Source: Methanosarcina sp. MTP4 (GTDB taxonomy: Archaea; Halobacteriota; Methanosarcinia; Methanosarcinales; Methanosarcinaceae). From it: DNA of 32,000 nucleotides. The notes below the pieces were generated by a model. The model saw only the letters and a program-made list of their open reading frames with translations, made no database searches and had not been told where the DNA came from. The first letter of the stretch is position 1. The number at the start of each line of letters is the position of its first letter. Shown here piece after piece: positions 25,701 through 31,887 of this stretch. The stretch lies in assembly GCF_000970045.1 (NCBI RefSeq), contig NZ_CP009505.1:2782808-2814807 (forward strand), given 5' to 3'. A program made the position numbers and the translations under genes.

Positions 25701-28584
25701 AAAGTCCGTCGCCATCAGTGTCCCAGCTCGACGTATTGGTGCCGTAGAAAAGCTCCATTTTGTCATTCAATCCGTCCTGGTCAATGTCCCAATTATTTGG
25801 ATCTGTCTCGATGTCCAGTTCGTATTTATCACTCAACCCGTCCCCGTCAGTATCCCATTTCATCATGTCGGTAACCGTTTCTTCCGAGTCGTTCAGACCG
25901 TCGCCATCGCTATCCAGAGGATAGGGGTTTGGCGGCATATCCAGGGTAAAACACCAGTCCTCATTTCCAAGTATGCAGATCTTATAGACCATATGGGCCC
26001 AGTCCTTGAAATCTTCAATATTTTCGGGCAGCACGTCAAAATAAACAGTAGGGATTTTAAGGGACTGGGAACCCGTTTTTTCCCTATCGTATGTATGCCA
26101 TCTCATATCCCATTCTATTTTTTCTTCGATGTAATAGTATTTGTAGTCAACTTTAAAGATGGCTCCCTGCCCGAAATTGATGGTTGGTCTTACAGGCTCC
26201 AGCCATGCCCTGGCATCATATGTTGTATTTGTTGAGTCAGGATACTTCGGGTCATATGAAACAACATCAGTAAACTCATCGTATGAGGCAAAATACGAAT
26301 TCTTCCACAGTAAAGTATATGATGGGATAACATAACTTTTCTCAACGTGTCTGTACCAGTCGCCGTATTCGGTTTTTGTTACTGTGGAATTTACAAGGCT
26401 CTGGAACTCTACATGATCCCCCACATCCAGCCCGTTATCGTCATAATCCCGAATGTTTATTGAGTTTTTCAATATTTGCATATCGACTGTAGTTGCAATA
26501 TGCGTTTCCATGAAAAGTGCCACAAGTTTTCCAATCAGATCTGCAACACCATGTCCAAATATGCTGGCTATAGCATCAGCTACCATTATGATAGCAGCAA
26601 TTACCTCACCTATTGGTCCTGCTAGCAAAAGCACTGCAAGTATCACAAGATAGATGGTCATTGCAGTAATATAGACGGTTGCCTGTAAAGTTGAACCGCT
26701 ATCCAAAAATATTATGAAACCGACAACTGCAAAAGCGGCTTCAAGTGCAAGTGCTGCAAAAGTAACGACCTTACCTGCGACTTTCAGGGCATTTATTGTT
26801 TTAGTGGCTGCCTGCGCAGCTGCTTTTACACTTGCTCCGATCGTTACTTTGATAGCACCCCATAGGGCTTTTCCAAATCCGACCAGCTTGATCGAGGTGA
26901 ACAGATATACACCAAAAATGGCGAGCTTTATTGTGGGCGTCAGATAACTGAATCCATCTGCTTTAATTTTAGCTTTCACATCCATTGCATTATGGAAACT
27001 GGTATATGCCCCGTTTAGCCTGGTCACCACAGATTCACCGAAATTCCATAAAAGCGCCATGCTCATCATGGAATTAATTGCATCTTCATCAAGCCCGTTT
27101 GCCTGTCCCCAACTTTCCACTTCAGGCAAAAAGGACTCCACGCCAACACTTTCTTTCGTGGTGGTATCATACCAGCTCATCTTGATTGTTTTCATGGTAA
27201 CGGCGGGAGAGGGGGAAGCCGTCAGGTCGAAATCAAATTCGTTTCCGTTGACGCACACATCACCAGAAACAAGGTCATCGATGCCCTTACTGGTAAAATT
27301 GAATTGATAAGCGGCAAGTAATGGCAGTATCTTATTTCCTGGTAATGATTTGAGTGCATGCTCTTTCATTTCCGATGTAGTGTTAAAAACTGCCATATCC
27401 CGATGAGAGACCGATCCGATCTCGGAATTTATGGTCAGATTCGAATCCATTAACGCGGCAGGCATATCATATAATGTCGTCTGGTTGTCCCGGAGATATG
27501 AAAAGGCCATTAAAAACCCTGCCAGCAATGTCTGGTTCACACTGTCCCCGTAGAACATACCAACATCAGTACCATAGTTCTCTTCAACCTCAAAGCCTGT
27601 TAGCATACACCCTTCTTTGTATTTGGCAAGGGTAACAGTTTCAGATTCTATCCCCCCTGCAGTCATTTTATCGGTCTTTCCCTGCAGCAACCAGACAAGG
27701 CTCGCATTAATAGAAATATCTGAAGGATCTGATGCCGGGTAGAACATCCTGCCCCCAAAAGCAACGTTTGTGCCATAGTCCTTTATGAGTGTCAGGGGAA
27801 TGTACAGGCTGTCAGAAGAAACCACAATACCATATTCCAGCAAATCAGCCTGGTCAGGGATCACGTTCGATCTTAATTCGAGCATGGGAATGATTTTGAT
27901 GTCATCAGTTGAATCATCCAGGTCCTTCATCTGACCTTTATCATCGTATGGCCAATCCCAATCCTGCAACGGCAACCTCAAATTGTCAGGATTCCGGGGC
28001 TTTATCTGGAATGTGACATATGTAGGGTTTCCATTTGTCCTTATATCAAAAAGGAAGCTGTCATTAATACCGGAATGTGAGTATGGGGACAGGTCTATTG
28101 AGTCCATCACTTTATCGTCATCGTTGTCAAGGTCCCATACATTTGAAAACCCATCCCCATCAGCATCAAGGGAGTCGACGTCTGTCACTTCAAAGTAATC
28201 CGACAGCCCGTCATGATTTGAATCCGGTTCAAGCGGGTCCGACTCATAGAAAACTGATTCATTATAGTCGTCCAGCATGTCAAAATCAGAATCTGTGTTA
28301 TTAAAGTCAGTTCCAAGAACAGCCTCAACAGAATCGGGTAGTCCGTCTTTATCGGTGTCAGTTTTGTTTGTTGAAACATCTATAAGCCCGACTATGTCCA
28401 GATTGGTGTTTATCTGGTTCTGAACACTAAGTTGAGACACCATTGCCAGAGCAGCAGCAGTGCCTGTTGAAATGTAAGAAGGTTCTTGAACTGATTCCTG
28501 GCTACTTGATGCGGCTGCCGGGTAGAACTGGGCAGCTAATAAGATAAGGATGATCACCAGGTTATAAGGTTTACATCTTCGCAA
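22741..28584 (-). CDS. Giant surface protein (1947 aa). It has a signal peptide, many thrombospondin-type-3-like Ca-binding repeats, an NHL beta-propeller region, a central cluster of TM helices and a C-terminal TM anchor.
   Basis: ORF track. TTG start, with GGTGGT 6 nt upstream. There are dozens of D.D.DG..D..E motifs ([10 protein letters not shown] and similar). NHL-like repeats: [71 protein letters not shown]. A hydrophobic block spans about aa 545-700. The C-terminus reads [26 protein letters not shown]. Confidence 0.9.
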   Translation of the reverse strand: [1947 protein letters not shown]

Positions 28585-28711
28585 AGCTAACCACCAACCC
28601 TATTATAGATTATGAAAAGTCAATATATAAAGAAGTTGTCATTTTTTTTCAAAACGAACTCATCTTCAAGATTAAATGTGCGGAGTTTTCAGTTTATAAA
28701 AACATTTATAT

Positions 28712-28748
28712 GTCTGCAATCAAAATCCACTAAAAAAAGGATTGAAAC
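28712..28748 (+). repeat. Solitary CRISPR repeat (32/37; the 3' 28 nt has one mismatch, the C25A variant)
   Basis: GTCTGCAATCAAAATCCACTAAAAAAAGGATTGAAAC lies in the divergent intergenic region between the giant gene and the UbiA gene. It ends 55 nt upstream of the UbiA ATG. TATA-like TTTATAAAAA (28693-28702) and TTTATATG (28705-28712) lie immediately upstream. Confidence 0.8.
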
Positions 28749-28754
28749 TCCGTA

Positions 28755-28785
28755 TACTCAATAGTTGGGCTGCAAATATTGAGTA
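28755..28785 (+). promoter_or_regulatory. Perfect 9-bp hairpin in the UbiA 5' region
   Basis: TACTCAATA (28755-28763) pairs with TATTGAGTA (28777-28785), leaving a 13-nt loop. It sits between the solitary repeat and the RBS. Confidence 0.5.
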
Positions 28786-28803
28786 AATTGTGAGAGGAAC
28801 GTT

Positions 28804-29655
28804 ATGTTTAAAACAAGAATGATAGGCCTGTTTCGCTTATTCCGTTTTGAACTGCCATTTGCTGCGGGAGTGTGCGTGGTATTGGGGGAATTACTGGCAT
28901 TGGGCGAACTCCCCACCACAACAGAAATCGTACTGGGGTTTCTAAGCTTTTTTTTCATTTCGGCTGCGGCTCTGATCCTGAATGACTATTTTGATGTAGA
29001 AATTGACAGAATAAACGCGCCGGAAAGGCCGCTCCCTGCAGGGCTTGTTACCGGGCAGGATGTCGTTTTACTTTCCATTGCAGTGACAGGGCTTGGATTT
29101 ACCACGGGCTACCTGATTAGCCTGGAGGCTTTGTTAGTAGTTATTTTAGTATGGGCAGTTGGTTTTCTTTACAACTGGCGGTTCAAAAGGGCTGGTTTTA
29201 TTGGAAATCTGATGGTCAGCTTTTCGGTTGGCATGACTTTTGTTTTTGGCGGCATAGCAACAGGCAGACCATTTGAAACTATAGTCTGGTTTTTCGCGGT
29301 CATAGTAATGCTCGTAGACCTGGGAGAGGAAATTGCGGCAGATGCTATGGATATCGAAGGGGACCGCCAGGCAGGGTCCCGTTCCCTTGCCCTGGTACTT
29401 GGACGCGAAAACGCCTTGAAAATTAGCGGAGCGATTTTCTTACTGGTGATTGTTGCAAGTATCCTGCCGTTTTTCCTGGGCTGGTTAGAGTTGATTTATC
29501 TGTTTCCCATTTTACTGATGGATGCGGTTATTCTGTACTCAACCAGTAAATTGTTAGATTCGAGAATAGTAAATCGGCGAATTTATATCCGCTGGATATA
29601 CCTGAGTGGGTTGGCGGCATTCTTAATTTTCATAATCATTCGAATGCTCAGCTGA
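28804..29655 (+). CDS. UbiA-family prenyltransferase (DGGGP-synthase-like paralogue, 283 aa)
   Basis: ORF track. First Asp-rich motif NDYFDVEIDRINAPERPLPAG, second DAMDIEGDRQAG. Hydrophobic multi-TM protein. Confidence 0.9.
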   Translation: MFKTRMIGLFRLFRFELPFAAGVCVVLGELLALGELPTTTEIVLGFLSFFFISAAALILNDYFDVEIDRINAPERPLPAGLVTGQDVVLLSIAVTGLGFTTGYLISLEALLVVILVWAVGFLYNWRFKRAGFIGNLMVSFSVGMTFVFGGIATGRPFETIVWFFAVIVMLVDLGEEIAADAMDIEGDRQAGSRSLALVLGRENALKISGAIFLLVIVASILPFFLGWLELIYLFPILLMDAVILYSTSKLLDSRIVNRRIYIRWIYLSGLAAFLIFIIIRMLS

Positions 29656-29691
29656 AAGTCCGGTGGCAGTTTGATCCTGAGCCGCCCAGCA

Positions 29692-29830
29692 CCGCTTGCA
29701 GCGGACAGGTGCGGGAATTCAACCAGGCTTTCGGGGATTCTGCCCCGGCGGTGGATTCGGCATCCGATGGTTTTCCCTCAAAATTCCCCCCTGGTAATGC
29801 CTGCCGTTAAGCGGCAGCTCCACCTGTCCG
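29692..29830. ncRNA. GC-rich element with nested helices (candidate structured RNA; strand undetermined)
   Basis: Helices read directly. CGGACAGGTG 29702-29711 pairs with CACCTGTCCG 29821-29830 (10 bp, perfect). GGGAATT 29713-29719 pairs with AATTCCC 29782-29788. CGGGG 29732-29736 pairs with CCCCG 29743-29747. CTGCCG 29801-29806 pairs with CGGCAG 29812-29817. An alternative hairpin CCGCT/AGCGG spans 29692-29704. The region is markedly more GC-rich than its flanks and no family was recognised. Confidence 0.35.
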
Positions 29831-29834
29831 GCTG

Positions 29835-29871
29835 ATTCGAGAGCAAGGTCCACTAAAACAGGGCCTGGAAC
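29835..29871 (+). repeat. Diverged solitary CRISPR repeat (28/37)
   Basis: ATTCGAGAGCAAGGTCCACTAAAACAGGGCCTGGAAC keeps the central GAGCAA..TCCACTAAAACA core intact but has different termini. It lies 4 nt after the outer helix of the GC-rich element and 10 nt before the stop of the minus-strand membrane gene. Confidence 0.6.
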
Positions 29872-29880
29872 TTTATAGGT

Positions 29881-30174
29881 TTATTCGACTTCTATTTCCA
29901 GACCACCAATGAATCCGGCTGCTACGTTATATATGAAGGCTGTGATGATACCGCCAATGAAACCTAAAATTCCATAGAAGATGGGTAATGTTATGATAGC
30001 TCCTGTCCCTAACAGCAGACCCGCTAACGCCCCCTCGTTTCCCATTATGGACCCCATCCCCATGGACGTGAGAGTCATTATAGCTCCGAATATAAGGCCC
30101 ATTATTGCGTAAATCGCTCCAAGGATCTTTCCAAGTGATAACACACCGATTTTAGTAATACGTCTGGTTGCCAC
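29881..30174 (-). CDS. Small glycine-zipper-rich integral membrane protein (97 aa)
   Basis: The ORF track frame runs 29881-30213 from a TTG. I prefer GTG 30174, because AAGGAGG (complement of 30183-30189) lies 8 nt upstream. There are three predicted TM segments, including GAIYAIMGLIFGAIMTL and GILGFIGGIITAFIY. Confidence 0.65.
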   Translation of the reverse strand: MATRRITKIGVLSLGKILGAIYAIMGLIFGAIMTLTSMGMGSIMGNEGALAGLLLGTGAIITLPIFYGILGFIGGIITAFIYNVAAGFIGGLEIEVE

Positions 30175-30434
30175 AGTATAAACCTCCTTAAATAGTATTA
30201 TAGAAGAGATCAAGAAAATATAAAAAGTTATTCTATATGTTTTTGTTGTCAGGTTGTTTTGCTATTTCTCAGATATTTGCCGAATTGAACTATAGATGAA
30301 AAAAGGTATATTCCTCAATTCAATACTTTATATAGAAACTTATATTCTGCAGGTCGACATTAAAATTTGAACATTTTTTATTGATGTCGCTTTTGAATCA
30401 AATATCCCTAATTGAAATCCCCTTGCAAGGTTTA

Positions 30435-30471
30435 CAATATTCCAATAATCCACTAAAACAAGGATTGAAAC
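30435..30471 (+). repeat. Solitary CRISPR repeat with a decayed 5' third (3' 25 nt identical to consensus)
   Basis: caatattccaatAATCCACTAAAACAAGGATTGAAAC. A perfect 25-nt match cannot be chance. Confidence 0.75.
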
Positions 30472-30481
30472 AGAGTATCAA

Positions 30482-30658
30482 ATCAAGAATTTATTCTCTG
30501 GAATAGATAAGATATTCCATAATTAATGTGAACAATGGAAACAAAATACTCAAAACGACAGATGTATCTTTTCCGATACTGGTTATTCCGAGAATGAAAA
30601 ATACAATAAATCCTAAAGTGAGTGCCTGTAAGGTTCCAAAGATGTAAAAAAGGTTTCT
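30482..30658 (-). CDS. Candidate small two-TM membrane protein (58 aa, GTG start, probably leaderless)
   Basis: Below the track cutoff. Own translation: VQNRNLFYIFGTLQALTLGFIVFFILGITSIGKDTSVVLSILFPLFTLIMEYLIYSRE*. The TATA box at 30681-30688 is centred about 26 nt upstream of the GTG. Confidence 0.3.
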
Positions 30659-30680
30659 GTTTTGCACATTGTCAAATAAA

Positions 30681-30688
30681 TTATTAAA
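30681..30688. promoter_or_regulatory. TATA box (TATATAAA) positioned for divergent leaderless transcripts
   Basis: Its centre is about 26 nt from GTG 30658 on the minus strand and about 25 nt from ATG 30709 on the plus strand. Confidence 0.3.
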
Positions 30689-30708
30689 GTATATAAAACC
30701 TGGTGATC

Positions 30709-30870
30709 CGGTGTTATATGATTGGTGTTTTGAAACACTTAAATGTTAGAAGAAACGGGTATGTAAGGACTAAAGATATTCGACCTGTAAGTTCCCATTT
30801 ATCCGGAAGTCCCCCGTATTTCAAGTCGCTCCAACCCATTTTCATCCTGTCAGGAAATGAAATGCTACCG
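30709..30870 (+). CDS. Candidate small basic protein (53 aa, leaderless)
   Basis: Below the track cutoff. Own translation: MIGVLKHLNVRRNGYVRTKDIRPVSSHLSGSPPYFKSLQPIFILSGNEMLPIY*. No family was recognised. Confidence 0.2.
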
Positions 30871-31078
30871 ATTTACTAAGAAATTATACTTTTTAGCAAA
30901 TAAATATATATAACAAACAAAAGAATTAATATATGTAAAAATATTTTGTACATTTTAAAAAGGTGCGGGAATTTGCAAGAATAATTATAAGGTGTGGAAG
31001 CTGGCATTTGTTCGGAAACGTTAACAAAGTTGCTAAAAAAACAGGATTTGGTAATTAAAGATCTACTACAGGTAAAAA

Positions 31079-31281
31079 CGTAAAAAAAATAAAACGGAAA
31101 AAAAATAAAACGGAAAAAAAATAAAACGGAAAAAAAAATAAAGCGGAAAAAAATAAAACGGAAAAAAATAAAACGGAAAAAAATAAAACGTAAAAAAAAT
31201 AAAACGGAAAAAAATAAAACGGAAAAAAAATAAAGCGGAAAAAAATAAAACGGAAAAAAATAAAACGGAAAAAGAGGAAAA
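31079..31281. repeat. A-rich tandem repeat, about 12.5 copies of a 15-17-nt unit CGGAAAAAAA(A)TAAAA
   Basis: Units were read directly (31079, 31095, 31111, 31127, 31144 ... 31251, with a partial unit at 31266). A higher-order pattern (CGT-unit ... AAAG-unit) occurs twice. The repeat ends about 20 nt upstream of the RBS (GGGGG 31292-31296) of the next gene. Confidence 0.95.
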
Positions 31282-31302
31282 ATTCGTTAATGGGGGAATT
31301 GA

Positions 31303-31710
31303 ATGAAGATACGTGTGGTTAGTTCCAGGGAAGAGATTTTTACGCTTAATCCTAATGAAAGAGTGATTCATATGGCGTTCCGTCCTTCGAACAAGGACAT
31401 CTTTGCGCTGATTGAAACATGCCCAAAAATTGAAGCGATCCAACTACCTAACTCTTACCGCCGGACCATCTCAAAGTCAATCGAAATGTTCTTTGAAATG
31501 CAAAAAATCCAGCTTATCGAAGGGGATGTATGGGGTCACAGGAAGGACATCAGTGAATACTACAACGTCCCGCCTGCCGTTATTAAAGATATCAGAGACC
31601 TGAAACTGGTAGGCACACCCGTCGAGAAAATAGAAGAAAAGGTTGCAAGAGAAAGCAAACTGAACCCTGAGATGGTTGCCTACATTCTCGCCAGGGATAT
31701 CACGGCCTGA
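31303..31710 (+). CDS. Hypothetical protein (135 aa), possibly a member of a small archaeal DUF family (DUF1699-like; uncertain)
   Basis: ORF track; GGGGG RBS. MKIRVVSSREEIFTLNPNERVIHMAFRPSNKDIFALIETCPKIEAIQLP... The family assignment is from vague memory only. Confidence 0.65.
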   Translation: MKIRVVSSREEIFTLNPNERVIHMAFRPSNKDIFALIETCPKIEAIQLPNSYRRTISKSIEMFFEMQKIQLIEGDVWGHRKDISEYYNVPPAVIKDIRDLKLVGTPVEKIEEKVARESKLNPEMVAYILARDITA

Positions 31711-31812
31711 GTCCGGCTGCTCACAGCCAGCTCAGTAACTAATTTACTTTTTTTATAGGCAAGACCCCAAATTCCTTCATCAATCTCAAGTTAAAGTTTT
31801 AACAACAGAAAA

Positions 31813-31887
31813 CACGGAAAACATGGAAAACACGGAATAAAGGAAAAATTGGGGCACAATCCTTCCGTGCTTTCGGTGTCTTCCGTG
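31813..31887. terminator. Imperfect 25-nt inverted repeat built from CACGGAA heptamers, downstream of the 135-aa gene
   Basis: CACGGAAAACATGGAAAACACGGAA (31813-31837) matches the reverse complement of TTCCGTGCTTTCGGTGTCTTCCGTG (31863-31887) at 21 of 25 positions, with a 25-nt loop. Confidence 0.5.

Noticed and set aside
23392-28379. Numerous 60-120-aa ORFs antisense to, or out of frame within, the 1947-aa gene. Similar antisense ORFs occur in cas8b, cas7, cas3, cas1, cas4, the ATPase and the lipoprotein gene.
   Set aside because: They are fully embedded in long, well-supported ORFs with recognisable domains. None has an RBS or a recognisable motif.
29656-29834. Known-family explanations for the GC-rich element: TPP riboswitch (CTGAGC ... 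CCTGGTAATGCC resemble CUGAGA ... CUGGAUAAUGCC), tRNA, or group II intron domain V
   Set aside because: The TPP-like strings lack the required complementary partners (there is no CCAG to close P5) and their spacing is wrong. There is no T-arm or anticodon-arm geometry and no domain V consensus. It is therefore kept as an unclassified structured element.
31066-31443. 125-aa minus-strand ORF rich in FFF/FYF repeats
   Set aside because: It is a translation of the A-rich tandem repeat (31079-31281) and overlaps the better-supported plus-strand gene start.
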